A model generated the notes under the pieces. The model saw nothing but the letters and a program-made list of their open reading frames with translations. It had not been told where the DNA came from and did not search any database. From positions 5,642,001 through 5,706,000 of the forward strand of contig NC_043007.1 of the NCBI RefSeq assembly GCF_006345805.1: a stretch of DNA of 64,000 nucleotides. The letters are read 5' to 3'. Positions 37,319 through 50,356 of the stretch are shown here, one piece after another. The stretch's first letter is position 1. Each line of letters opens with the position of its first letter. Position numbers and translations under genes: made by a program. The DNA is from Octopus sinensis. Lineage: Eukaryota.

Positions 37319-38300
37319 CATATCTTGGTATACTGGACTTCAACGAGATAATGGAAAAGAGAATGAAAGAGCAACTAAGGATGGAGTATTTCCAAAGACT
37401 GAGATTGGTGTTGCGCTCAAAATTGATTGGATGGAATAAAATTCAAGCAGTTAATACGTGGACGATAGCATCACTTCGGAATGGAGTGAGAATTGTAAAG
37501 CGGTGAAAAAGAGAAGTGATCAAAATGGATACCAAGACCAGAAAAATGTTGACAGGACACGGAACCTTCAACCCTAAGATTGAACCTATAAGCCGTACTT
37601 GTCCAGAAGAAAGAGTGGGAGAGATATGATCAGTTGCCATTGTTGAAATATAGGAAGAAGGACGGTGTCATCAAAACTGAAAATTGAGTAATGAAAGAAA
37701 AATTTTAATAAAAAATGAACACAAAAAAGGCATGGAAGGAAAAATGTACGGTCAGTTAGCAAGAGATTTGAACGCCAAGACAAAAACTGAAGACCGGTGG
37801 CTATGGATGAGGAAGAGTGACCTGAAGATAGAGACGAAAGCACTCATAGGCTCAGCTGAAGAACGAGTGTTAAGGGCCAATTATGTTAAGTGCAGAATAG
37901 AAAACACTACCGACAGCGACACATGTAGAATGCTTGATGAGAGGGGAGAAACAGTGTGGTACATCGTTCGTGAATGCCCAACGGGAATATAAAAGACGCC
38001 ATGACAATGTTGCAAGAATGATCCGTTGGGAGCCTTTTGGAAATCAGGGCCTGCGAAGAGCAAAGACGTGGTATGAGAAAACCCCAGAAAGAGTATGAAC
38101 ACTCTGCTACCGAATTGGCTAAAAAGGATTGGTTCAACTAGGAATGTAGAACACCTTCAAAAATCAGCATTGCTTGGAACTGCAAGAATTCTTCGTAGGA
38201 TTCTTGAAGCATGACCAATAAACAAGTGTCACCTTTGTCTGCTGGCTGTGGACAGCTGACACTTTCCATCATACCCAGAAAAATAAACTGTGAGTTTTCA
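37319..38300 (+). mobile_element. RLE-type LINE 3' fragment with internal deletions
   Basis: YLGIL..EYFQRLRLVLRSKL..NKIQAVNTW; DLKIETKALIGSAEE; CRM..GETVWYIVREC; LQKSALLGTARILRRIL*. The UTR ends in (TAA)n. Confidence 0.9.
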
Positions 38301-38319
38301 TATAATAATAATAATAATA

Positions 38320-38363
<44 letters not shown>

Positions 38364-38383
38364 AATAATAATAATAATAATAA

Positions 38384-38414
<31 letters not shown>

Positions 38415-38417
<3 letters not shown>

Positions 38418-38849
38418 GATAGAGAAATTAAGGCCAACAGACCAGATATAGTTGTCAGAGATCAGGAAGAAAAAAAATGCTTTCTAATTGATGTATCAAT
38501 ACCGGCAGATGACAACATGTCTCTAAAAGAAATGGAGAAACTTTCAAAATACAAAGACCTGGAAATAGAGGTAACCAGAATGTGGAATCTAAAAACAGAA
38601 ACAATTCCTATCATAGTAGGTGCATTAGGCATGATAAAAAAATATTCAGACAAATACATAACAAAAACACCAGGACTTACAAACACATATAACATACAGA
38701 AAATGCACTACTAGGCACTGCACACATCCTACGCAGAACACTTTCCATACAATAACCATCAGAGCATCACAACAAATCACAGCACATACCCAAGGCACAC
38801 AGAGCTGCGCTCGGTAGTGAAGTGAAAGCACGCTATAAAAATAAAACTA

Positions 38850-38852
<3 letters not shown>
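38415..38852 (+). mobile_element. young RLE-type LINE 3' fragment between (TAA)n tracts
   Basis: TDREIKANRPDIVVRDQEEKKCFLIDVSIP..KLSKYKDLEIEVTRMW..IPIIVGALG. Confidence 0.95.
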
Positions 38853-38880
<28 letters not shown>

Positions 38881-39435
38881 GCCCTGATGCAGTACCAGGC
38901 AGTGGCTCTCATGGCTTCTGATCTTAACTGATTGGAAGTGTTATCATGTACATTGTTTCGTCTTGGTATAAAAGATGGGCTACAGCAAATATTCTGCTCA
39001 ATACCACAGATTTGCTTGTCAGTTGTTTGACCTTAACCAGTTGAGCATGTCCCTTAGTGGCTGACGATATGTGCATCTCTGATCACGAGCAGAAGTAGTG
39101 GGGGAGCATCATAGCCATGTGTTGAGAAGGATTCTTTGGGGTTTGAATAATTCACCTCTGGAAACATGGGTGTTTCGTTCAACGTCCTTAAACAACCCTT
39201 ATTCAGGGACCTTTTGAGCGGGATGGGTTACTCGATCTGAAGAAAATTCTAACTGGGCTCCACCTGCAAGGTCATGTGCTGTTTATCTTGATATGAGATC
39301 ACCATGTCGCGCACATATGGCTGTGATGCATGTGCCTGGTGTACCCTTATCAGACGGGTAGTCATGATTGGTATACTGGGCTTCGTATATTTTACCCCAG
39401 TGTCACTTTGATGGCATGCTCTGCTCGCTCACTCA
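38881..39435 (+). mobile_element. ~550-bp non-coding element bounded by (TAA)n, probably the 3' UTR of a TAA-targeting LINE
   Basis: Sharp boundaries with (TAA)n on both sides, higher GC, no ORF. The family assignment is inference. Confidence 0.45.
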
Positions 39436-40399
39436 ATAATAATAATAAATAATAATAATAATAATAATAGAAGAAGAAAAGTATTGGTTTTATGTTTCTA
39501 CGTCATGCTTCCTACTTGATTGGTTCAACACGACAAAAATAAGAATAGGAGCTAAGAGCAGAAACTATTTGGAAGTTGATTTAGGATTTTAAATTTTGTC
39601 GCAATCGTTGAGGTAGCAGGATGCTGGTTACACTTCTGGTGGAAGATGATGGTCATAACGTAGAGTTTTAGCAGAACCTTCACAAATATGTTCTCGATAA
39701 ATCTCTGATGACACAGTACATCATAACTTAAATGATATTTCATTAGGCAATTTTAGTGGCGAAAGCCTTGCAACAAAATAAAATGTAATAACCGTGTTTG
39801 CATTCCACTGGAATCAAAAATGAAGATCGAACCGAAGAAATGGCAATAAATATTCTGCTCTATAAATATATTCATGAAATAGATAAAGGAATTAGTGTAG
39901 AATCGATTTAGTGCCATAAATTAGACCGGAGAGTAAAACATCGGTGGCAAGACATCGGGGATTTAATAGCTGAAGTTGCTACAGGGATAATTGTGGTAAC
40001 GCCAAAGTTTAAAGGGATTCTTGGAATGGTAAATTTTGTGAATTTGATTAAGTACGAATGCTATGGGGTGGGGGTTGAAGTAGAACTTGCGCTTTTTGGT
40101 GACCTATGATTTGAGAGAGTGTCGTCTGTTTTCCTGATATATTCCTCCTTTAAGCACGAAGAAACGGAACAGAATAGTTAGGTTCCTCTTCTCATCATTG
40201 CACACAAACTTCAAAGAGTAAAAAAAGACATTATATTATTTTGTAATATTCTTGATGAGAAATAGCGCAATGAAAGGGATGCTGTTGTACATTGGAGAGT
40301 AATTTTACAGACAAAAACACGTGGCTTCTATCTCAATTCGTTATTATTATTATTACTGTTGTTGTTGTTATTATTATTATTCTCTTTTACTGTAATTAT

Positions 40400-41240
40400 T
40401 TTTTCCACTTTTGTATTTATTTTAACTATTTTCCCACTTTTGTATTTTCATTTCTCTGTAGAAGATATTATCCGTCTCCAGGATCCTAAGGTACTGGTAC
40501 CTATCATCATCCGGCTCTTCCATTCTCTCGCCGATTGGCAATTCTATGCCCCAACAATCTGCTTTCTTCTCCCGTTTCAAAGTGAGCACAGCACACTCCG
40601 AGATACCGAATTCCATTCCTATATCCTCGCTGCACATCCGCACAGTTTTAACCAGCATCTCCATTTCAGGTTTTGGTTAGAGTTGCGAATTTTTAGGAGA
40701 GTGTCACGTTAATTCATACCGGATTCATGATTTGATTTTTTAGATCAACTCGTTCAGTTGGGTCTGTTTCAGTGTGACTTTCTTCATCTATTTGATTTTC
40801 TTCTTTAGCCGCAACTCTGTTCCCTTTATCTCTTACTGATTGTTTAATTTGGTCAATTTCTAATTCAGTGAGGAATTTCTTTCTCATAATGTTTCTCCTG
40901 ACGTTGGCAAGTTTGTTACTCTCTATGTAGAATCTTACTTCAACTGCGTGTCTCTCCAGTTTAGGGAGGTTTGTGCAGTATTAGATTTATTTGTGGGAAA
41001 ATACATGGCACGATAGAGCTTAAGATCTTTATTACCTCCCCTTGACCATTTTTCATTCTTTTTCTTTTGGTTATTTGATGATGAGTGTGGATGGCCATCT
41101 GTTGGAATATTCCGGTTGTGGGTTACTCCAGCTCCTGTGTTTCGAGAAAAATGGAACCAATAGCTGATTTTTGCTTTGTTATCATTGAGAAAAGACGTGC
41201 TTGGTCGTTGACATTACGAGACGTATCTGTCTATTAAGGG
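40400..41240 (-). mobile_element. RLE-type LINE fragment (RT C-terminal part joined to a degenerate N-terminal part)
   Basis: SEDIGMEFGISECAVLTLKR...YQYLRILE. A (TTA/TTG)n tract lies at 40340-40380. Confidence 0.8.
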
Positions 41241-41399
41241 TTAACCTTTTGTGACAGCACTACATCATTGATCGCAACGTAGCTTCTTAAGGTTAAAAGT
41301 CTGTATTCGTCTGTATTTTCGTCTGTATTACTCTCCCAAGTAATTCAAACATACAAGGCAGGAAAATGTACCCACAATGCTAAAAATTCACTTGATATA

Positions 41400-42050
41400 A
41401 TTAAGATTAGGTTTTCTTGTCAGAAGCTCCAACCGTAAATGACACCACCCCTACTCAAACAACTACTGGCTTTATACACGCTGGAACTGTTTCTATTCCG
41501 GATTTATTGTTAAAAACTTTCATATTCTGAAGATCAACCAAAAAGAGATCTTGATAGAATAATGAAATGAATGGACTTTGGTCCACTGAATCCGCGCATA
41601 AATGGGTGAATATCCAACAGATACCTTTCTGTAATGTATCCTCAGGTGTACACATTGTGTCACAATGTGAAATGATCAGATTTTTTAGCTAAGAGATTCC
41701 ATCTACCTGGCAGTCTTCCATTTATCCAATTTTACTATCAAGACCCGATCATTCCAGCCTAGAGCTATAATGTTCTCCGTAGCTCCCCTTTCAAAATACT
41801 CTCTTTTAAACACCGGTCTTTAACACTTCAAATTGGTCGTTTATCATAGTAATCACATCCAACTCTACGTAGTTGCCAGATATATGACTTTTGGCCTCTC
41901 CCCTTCCAATATAACCTTCTTCCCACATGGGTCAAACTGAACATTTATCATTGTAAACTTATTCAAATCTCTTTATCCATCCAATCAAAAGTACTTGGAA
42001 AGGGCTACAATGATCATTGTTTCTTTTTGATTCTTTTGATTCAGTTTAGA
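41400..42050 (-). pseudogene. degenerate apurinic-like endonuclease of an L1/Tx1-clade LINE
   Basis: Minus-strand DPCGKKVILEG, NIIALGWNDRVL and KSDHFTL occur in the order of APE motifs. Many stops. Confidence 0.4.
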
Positions 42051-42503
42051 TTATAGAAAGAATATTTCAGAAACTAGCAAGACAAAAAGTTGCCGGTTTT
42101 TGGTTGAAAGTGTAATAGACTGCAAACGAAATAGTCATAGATTTTTATGTGAAATAATATTTGATGATGTGAGAAATGTATGCCTAGGATACAATAATAT
42201 AATGACGAAGACATAAAAGTTGTGCATAAAATAATTTAGCAGATATTCCGAAAACAAAAAGTGTTCAACTGTCAGCTTTATGAAATGGAAACATGTAAAA
42301 CAAAATGCGCAGAAGAAGTATTCAGGAAATACTATGAAGATAGGCGTGTATATCAAAGTGAAGAAGCTTCGGTTATTTTAGATCTCCTCAGAGAAATAAG
42401 AAATTCTTCAGAAAGTGTAAACAACATCTAAACAAAGCTGCTCGATTGTTTGGTTCGATGTCACTACCAAACACACTCCCCACTCTGGCCCACATATGTG
42501 CTA

Positions 42504-42539
<36 letters not shown>

Positions 42540-44789
42540 ATGCCTTCTTTTCTACCGATACTAAAGCTTTCAATCCTCGAAAATAGCTGGTTTTATGCCT
42601 CCTTCACTGAGGTACTCCCAAGTCACGTACGTCCATTTTAATCACCCACATTGCATGCAACACCTCAAATCCTGGCTTCAATTCAATGTTCAGTTTTTTT
42701 TTTCTTTCCAGAATGTCGGCTTCCTAGATTCTCTACATTTTGTACGTATTTCCTGTAATCGTTGACGTGGCATAGTTTAAGCCAAACGATAGCAAAATTA
42801 ATCTTACCGGTTACTGATGGTCTGTGAATACCATGACAAAACTCCTTCATCCAGATACAGTTTCTTAACAAAAAGGAAATAATAATTCTGACAAGATGAC
42901 GCGAATAGCCTTGAATCAACGTGGTACAAGAGCGGCCATGCGTGAGGATTAGAGACAATAGAAGCATTGGGAAAGAAGGAAATGCGAGGGGACACATCAC
43001 ATATGTGAGTTGGTGTGTGTTTGTGAGTGATTCGATTCCAGTTAGTCAGGTAGTCTTATTTTGGATAAAGTCTAGGATTTTCGTATCTCGTGAAGGATAA
43101 ATACTGTCCTGTATGCTTTTGCTGTACATTTGGGTTTCAATATTTGTAAGCATATTTTCTTGATAATATCGAATATTAGATAAAATCTAAAATGCGTATA
43201 AGCGTTGTAACCACCGTTCCATACGCGTGAGCTGTATGCTTGGATTTCAATATTGGTAAACATTACTTGCTAATATCGAATATTAGATTATAAAACTACA
43301 GTCAGTTTTCAATAGTGGTTTGAGAATGGGAGCTTAAACACCAAATTTACACTGGCTGCAATAAAGAAAAGGCATGTAATTATTACTGCAATAAATTATT
43401 ATCATCATAGTAATTCTTTATTATGGTTTCTAAATGCTAAGAAATAATCTTGGATAAATAATTTTGTTCAACTCTATTGAGACAGCGTTAAAATGAAATC
43501 ACCATCTTTGCATTGATGATTTTAATTAAATACTGTTTAAATTGCATTCACCGAATTTTTTTAACAGACCGGAAAGATTTTTGCAATAACAGTGAATAAT
43601 TCCCTGTTTCCTATATATCAAAGCACGAATTTCTTTTTAGCCAGAGACAAACGAGTGTTCAACATTGAAAAAAGCCCATACAGTACAAAATACTTCTGTC
43701 GTTCACGTGAGACAATTCTGCAACGATGTTCACCTTGCTCTGATATTGTGTTGTTAACGCAACATGGTTATTTAGAGATCTTTCTCTCAGATAAAAAACA
43801 CAGCACCATGCTTTTTCAACGATGTTTATACATTTTGTATGATACGGACTCGCATGTAAATTTTACATAACTTATGATGTTGAATTGTGAGTAAAACATT
43901 AGATAGTGATGTATAAAGAAAAAAAAAAGCAAAATCTTGCATGAAAATCAACTTAATACAAATAGAATGTAGTGTCATATCAATGCATATCCGTTGAAGT
44001 TAATAAAGACAATTTCTCAGCCTGGTACAATGAAATTCCATGTGTTTAGTGGCAAAATGGTTGTGATAAAGAGAAATGTTACTATAACTGCAAACAACAA
44101 AACATACTGCTTAGCAAAAATGCTAACTTTTCCCGAATAAGGAAGAAACCTAAGTAAATCACGAAGAAAGCAACTGAAATTAAAAAGCCTTATAATTGCT
44201 TATATTAGATATTTACAAGGAACATTTATATTTTTCGAAATCAGATGGAATGCTCCTTCCTGTGACAGGTTATCAGAAGAAACAATGAGAATAGAGAAAA
44301 ATATATTAGGCAATCCATATTCTAGATATTACTGGTTTAAGTAAAATGGTTTAGTTAATATATCTGCTAAAGGAGGCAAATACATCTGGTGGCAAAGAAG
44401 ATGTTGGGTATGTTCTGTGTGAGATTACGATGATGACAAACCTTTACAAACATAGCACTTTATTCTATTACGGTTAATGGTAACGGTGTGATATTCAACA
44501 GCTGCTTAATTCCGGCGATGAGGTGAACTGTAAGCGTACAGAATTTAATCTGCTGCCAAATTTACAAAATGAATCTATGACGTCATTGGATTTAAGAGTT
44601 ATCAACCTATTCGTATCTACTTCATATTTTGATTTTCCTTTGCATAACAAGGATATATATGTATTTATTTCATGTGTTAATGAATGAAGTTTAGTGTCCT
44701 AAACGATTCTAAACTTCCAACAAACCAAATTTACAGCATAAGCTATAGTCACATATATATTTTCACTTTCTACACTTCCTTCCAAGTGA

Positions 44790-44935
44790 AAACGCGTGGT
44801 TCCGTGTTCAGGGTTATGCATTTACAATCACAGGATCGTAGTTTCGATTCTCGGACCGGGCTGTGTGTTGTATTCTTGAGCAAATTACTTCATTTTCCGT
44901 TGCTCCAGTTCACTTAGCTGTAAAGGAAATTCGGT
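44790..44935 (+). mobile_element. SINE family B, partial
   Basis: GTTTCGATTCTCGGACCGGGC...CTTGAGCAAA...TTGCTCCAGTTCACTTAGCTGTA. Confidence 0.7.
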
Positions 44936-46194
44936 TCAGGAAGGAGGGAGTTGTTGTAATCTCAGATACAAAACGGTTTATTCTCCGGCCTTATGAGTCC
45001 CAGGGACCCAGGACAGAGCTGAGCCAATACTCATTTTATCCAAGCCATAGTCTAGGTTCAAATTTGAGTTCTTTTCAGTTACATAGTCATTAACAGTGAT
45101 TTAAGTAATAATAGATAAAAGAACCTAAATAACTGGATGGATTTAGTCCAGACTTCTATCATGGCCATCAACTGACCGCTTTTAATCAGAACATTATTCT
45201 AAAATATCGATTCGAGTTTTATACCGACGTTACACAATCTTATTCTTGAGCAGACTTCACGGTAAAGGAGATCTTTAAGATAAACACAGAAAATAAAATA
45301 AAAAGCTAAAATGGAACAAAAAGAAATCCTTTTTATTAGAATCCTGTATCGTTGTAGTATTTCAGGCAACGACCCTTATAGAATTCCTTTTTGTAACTGT
45401 GTCAAGGTCCCTTAAAAAGAAAATCATTTGGATGTCTTTTCTGAAGCTTCTAGCATCATCTCATATTTCAGAATTCACGATGCTAAATTATAACCTAGCT
45501 TACTCTATCATCGCAATTGACATCCTTCCTTTCCGTATTATTGATTTTAATATGAATCATCTTGTTATCTATTGACAAAGATCAAATGAACATTCAGAGC
45601 ATTCCATATCGATTAACGATAGGTGAATATCTAATAAATGCTGTTTACCCTCTTTTTCTTCCCATCCTCTCTCATTAATCGTATTCTCGTAGTGTTTGCA
45701 TTTCTTGACTTTTAACTTAATTTACTTGATATTTTCTTTCATTATTCCCAGAATGGTATGTAAGTTAGGGTTACAAATTCTGTCATAAATATGATAAATA
45801 GTTGCAGTTTATAGGAATATTCAAAGCAAAAGCTTTGACAAGATCAAGACTTGCAAATCATTTTCTTCTTTTTGTTTTATCGTGGCTTCGCGATCAATCA
45901 CTTATTAAGAACTCATAATTATAATGGTGATCTCGAGTTGTCACAGATCAATACATTCTCATCAACTTTACCTATAAACTATAGTTATTACATCTGTTGC
46001 TGATGGATCAACATGCAAAATTCTGTACATTCAAATTTGCGATGCTGTTTCGATTCCCAAGAGAACCCATTTCACTACATTTCGACAACTAATATTTGTA
46101 AGAATACCGTGAACAACTCAACATCCTGTTTTTTTCTCACCTAAACTTATTTCTAATTAAAATAAAACCCGATGCTGAATTGTGGTTGGTGTTG

Positions 46195-46579
46195 CTGTTG
46201 CTGTTGAGCGAACGGTCTTCATCCCAGAGCTCGCAAGATGGGAGAAGTACGAAACGTGGTCCTTTGCTATTCGTAAGACCCGCAGAAGAGAAAGCAGGTC
46301 AACCCCCGACACCGAGAGCATCGAGGTATGGCTGAATGCGCATCCAGGCCCAGCAGTTGCGTAGGAAGTCGGAGACAAGAAACTGGAAGAAAGAGTGAGA
46401 GAAAGTTGGGGTGAAAGAGTACAACAGGGGTCGCAACCACCCACTGCCGGAGCCTCGGAGATTTAGGTGTTTTCGTTAAGCATATATATAAACACACACA
46501 ACGCCCGTTCTTGGAATCGAAATCGCGATACTCCGACCGCGAGTCCGCTGCCCTAGCCACTGGGCCATTGCGCTTCCAC
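46195..46579 (-). mobile_element. SINE family B, long-tail subfamily, with a 14-bp TSD
   Basis: TGTGGTTGGTGTTG at 46181-46194 and 46580-46593. About 85% similar by eye to 36470-36856. Confidence 0.9.
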
Positions 46580-47053
46580 TGTGGTTGGTGTTGTTCTTTA
46601 CCTAAGAGGTACTCATTAACTGAGTAAGTACATAATCAAAGACGTTCCAGCAAAGACATTCCCATCTTATTTTCAGAAATAGGGCACATTACACTGCGTT
46701 ATTTCATGTGACGTTCAGTAAAACGGTATTTGTGTATTTTGAGGGCTGTTTTGTTGCTATTTCTAGAAGGTCAAAGGAATACGCAGTAGCTCTTTAAATG
46801 CTCCCTATCCTAAAGTTCTGACAAAACAGAAGAACAGTTGGAGTGGGGGGATTTGTCATACAACTCGAGACTCTGCGTATTTTGATTTCAGATTATCATT
46901 ACATCGACATCAATATGTAATATCGATATATATTTTAAGCCTAATTGTGTTTATCTGCATTACCACCATTCTCTCTCTCTCTGTCTCTCTCTCTCTTTTC
47001 TCTCTCTCTTTTCTTTCTCTCTCTCCTCTCTCACTCTCACTCTTGTGAGTGTG

Positions 47054-47106
<53 letters not shown>

Positions 47107-47154
47107 TTACTTGGAAGATGATGTGAGGCGTTCAATCATATAATAATATAAATA

Positions 47155-47220
<66 letters not shown>

Positions 47221-47221
<1 letters not shown>

Positions 47222-47390
47222 GCATGACTGTGTGGTAAGAAGGTTACTTCCCAAAGACATAGTTCCGGGTTCAATCCCAGTGTGTTGCACATGGGGCAAG
47301 TGTCTTCTACTATGGCCTCGGACCGGGCAAGGTTTCGTGAGTGGTTTTCGTAGGCGGAAACTGAAAGAAGTCCGTCGTATATATATATGT
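47221..47390 (+). mobile_element. tRNA-derived SINE family C
   Basis: GGCATGACTGTGTGGTAAGAAG...GTTCCGGGTTCAATCCC...GGGCAAGTGTCTTCTACTAT...GGAAACTGAAAGAAGTCCGTCGTATATA. Confidence 0.8.
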
Positions 47391-47459
47391 GTGTGTGTGT
47401 ATGTGTGTACAAAGATATATATATAGATAAGTAGAAAAAGTGATAGATATGTATCTTTT

Positions 47460-47835
47460 TTACTCTCTTTTACTTGTTTCAGTCATTTGAATGTGGCCAT
47501 GCTGGAGCACTGCCTTTCCATCGAGCAAATCGACCCTAGGACGTATTCTTTGTAAGCCTTGTATTGATTCTATCGGTCTCTTTTGCCGAAACGCTACGTT
47601 ATGGGGACGTAAAACACCAGCATCGGTTGTCAAGTGATGTTCGGGGGACAAACACAGACACACAAACATTTACACACACGTACACATATATATATATATA
47701 TATATATACGACGGGATTCTTTCAGTTTCCATCTACCAAATTCACTCACAAGGCTTTGGTCGACCCGAGGCTATAGTAGAAGACACCTGCCCAAGGTGCC
47801 ACGCAGTGGGTCTGAACCCGGAAACATATGGCTGG
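47460..47835 (-). mobile_element. SINE family C with internal (TA/CA)n and 3' extension
   Basis: 47705-47835 is the reverse complement of the 47221 head, followed by a microsatellite and a tail. Confidence 0.8.
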
Positions 47836-47950
47836 TATTTACGTATATATATAAATTTTGTATCATTCCATTCCCCTAATATATTAAGATTATATAAGTA
47901 TATATACATACATACCTATATACGTATGTATGTATATATATATATACATT

Positions 47951-47996
<46 letters not shown>

Positions 47997-48024
47997 TAGA
48001 TAGATAGATAGATAGATATGTACA

Positions 48025-48070
<46 letters not shown>

Positions 48071-48559
48071 TAGATATATATGTACATGCATATATATATA
48101 TATATATATTATACATTAAACACAAATATAAAATGATATATATATATATATACTTTAATTGTTCCACGTCCTGCGTTGCTGTGTTTTTTTCTCAAATTTT
48201 CTCTTTTTTTCTGTGCTTTCTTGTTTGGATTAACTTTATATATATATATATATACATATATGCATATATAATTAAAAATAATACAGAACCATTAATATCA
48301 GCGATATATCAAATATCCATTTCCCATTGCTGTTATTGTAGTCGTAATATTTCATGAGAAAATTTATATAATTACGTCCCAATGTCATTATACTGGATAT
48401 AAGAATCACAAGTTGAAGTATCTTTTGAAATTTGATTTCAAATCACAGCGTCTTCTCTTTGTATGGAGGAGAATAAAAGAACAGGATAAGAAAAAAAACA
48501 ATAGTAAATATCAAAGGTTAGCCCAGAGTGTGGATTCAGTGATAGAAAATGCGATATGA

Positions 48560-49010
48560 ACATCAACCAGGTGTTGTCATCCTGGATTTTAATTGCAGGA
48601 TTTTATGAGATCTGTACATAAGGGCAGACTATACTTTTATAGCAAGAAGTCCAATGTAGAGAACAAAGAAAAAATTAACAGTAAAAGATCATAAACCTTC
48701 CAATGCCATATGATTACAGGATGGATACTAAAATTAAGTGAAAATTTAGAAATATGAGTCTTGACAGGGAGGTGAAGAGAAAGAGGAGAACTAAGGTAAA
48801 AATGGTCCTTGTGGTAATTGGTGCCCTTAGAACAACACAGAAAATGTTGGCTAAGGGACTGATGGATATCGGGAATTGAGACACCCATACTATAGAAAAT
48901 GCCATCCTCTGAAAAATTCAATCCGGCAGAAAAATATAATCCTCTATTCTGCCAGAATTCTAAAAAACCACAAGTTTATAGAGATGTGAGGAGACTTGTC
49001 ACGAAATCTC
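48560..49010 (+). pseudogene. degenerate RLE-domain fragment of an RLE-type LINE
   Basis: VLSSWIL...KMVLVVIGALRT remnants. Confidence 0.55.
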
Positions 49011-49379
49011 AAGATAAACAGCCATACTAACTAAAATAGTTTTTAATAACTTTTTGATATTATTATTATTTTTCTTCTTTCAATTTTGTTTCTATATCTT
49101 GCTGAGTGTCTTCCCGACACGTAGGACAAAAAAATACCCACTACATTGGTAGGCCATTAAAATAAACACACCCGATTGTTCATTTACAAAATCAAGAAAA
49201 AGGGGAGGAAAGAAAAGAAAGAAAAAAAGAGAAAAGGAAAAAGAATAAAAAGAATAAAAAGAGAAAATATGAAAAAGAAAACAAAGAAAATTCACATCGA
49301 CAATGCACTTCTCGGTACGTGTAACGCACTGGTTGAAACAACCTTTTACACTTCTTGCATGGATCGTAAGCCAGAGATT

Positions 49380-49990
49380 ATTCTCAGATAATTTTCAGTA
49401 GTGGCGTCTCTTATATTCCTTCTGGGATAGTGGCGTGCATTGGCTGGTAATATGCCATACGGTCTCACCATTTCGACCACTGATTCTGCACATCACTTTC
49501 TGATGTGTTGCCTATTCTGTAGTTTATGTAGTTTGTTCTTAGTGCTTGTTCTTGAGCAGTACAGATTAGAGCCTCCGTTTCAGGTTTTAAATCACTTTTA
49601 GTCATCCACAGCCATCTTCTTCTTTTTCCTTGTTTCTCTCACAGTCTGTCTTATCTTCAACATCCCTATTCCGTCCGTTTAATTTCGACTTAAAGATCAG
49701 TCTCAATCTGCGCACTCCACCTTAAATTTTCCTGTCATTTCTTTCTCCATCAATTTATCCATTTCTAAAATCCACAAGTACTTATAGCCCACCTCTTCTA
49801 TAAGCTTCATAACCTCCCCCGACGGTGTCAATAGCTCGTATATACATTTGATTTTGCCTCTCTTCAAGATTAACACACCACACTTTCTCAGTCCGAACTC
49901 CATTCTGATATCAGCACTGAACGTATACATTGTATCAATGAGGGAACTGACTTGGGCTTCATCTATACCATAAAGTTTGAGGTGACTTTT
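49380..49990 (-). mobile_element. RLE-type LINE fragment (late RT to zinc knuckle)
   Basis: FSADIRMEFGLRKCGVLILKRG..GYKYLWILE. Confidence 0.8.
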
Positions 49991-50084
49991 TGTTGGCGGC
50001 TCTTGAATACATACCCAGCCTTTGCTTTCATCAGAATCAGTGTTAGTAGTATCATGCTCAGTACAATGATTATTATTATCAATA

Positions 50085-50245
50085 TTATTTTACATCGAGC
50101 GCAGTGTTCAATTGGTACTTATTTTATCGACGCCGAAAATGTGATAAGCGGAGTCGACCTCGGCAGAATTTGACCTCAGAACACAAGGACAGACAAATAC
50201 TGCTATGCATTTCGCCCGGCTTGCTAACAATTCTGCCAGCTCGTT
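50085..50245 (-). mobile_element. SINE family A, followed by (TAC)n(TAA)n
   Basis: ggtacttattttatcgac...gtcgacctcggcagaatttg...ttcgcccggcttgctaacaattctgccagctcg. Confidence 0.75.
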
Positions 50246-50249
50246 GCCT

Positions 50250-50317
<68 letters not shown>

Positions 50318-50356
50318 ATAATAATAATAATAATAATGATAATAATAATAATAATG

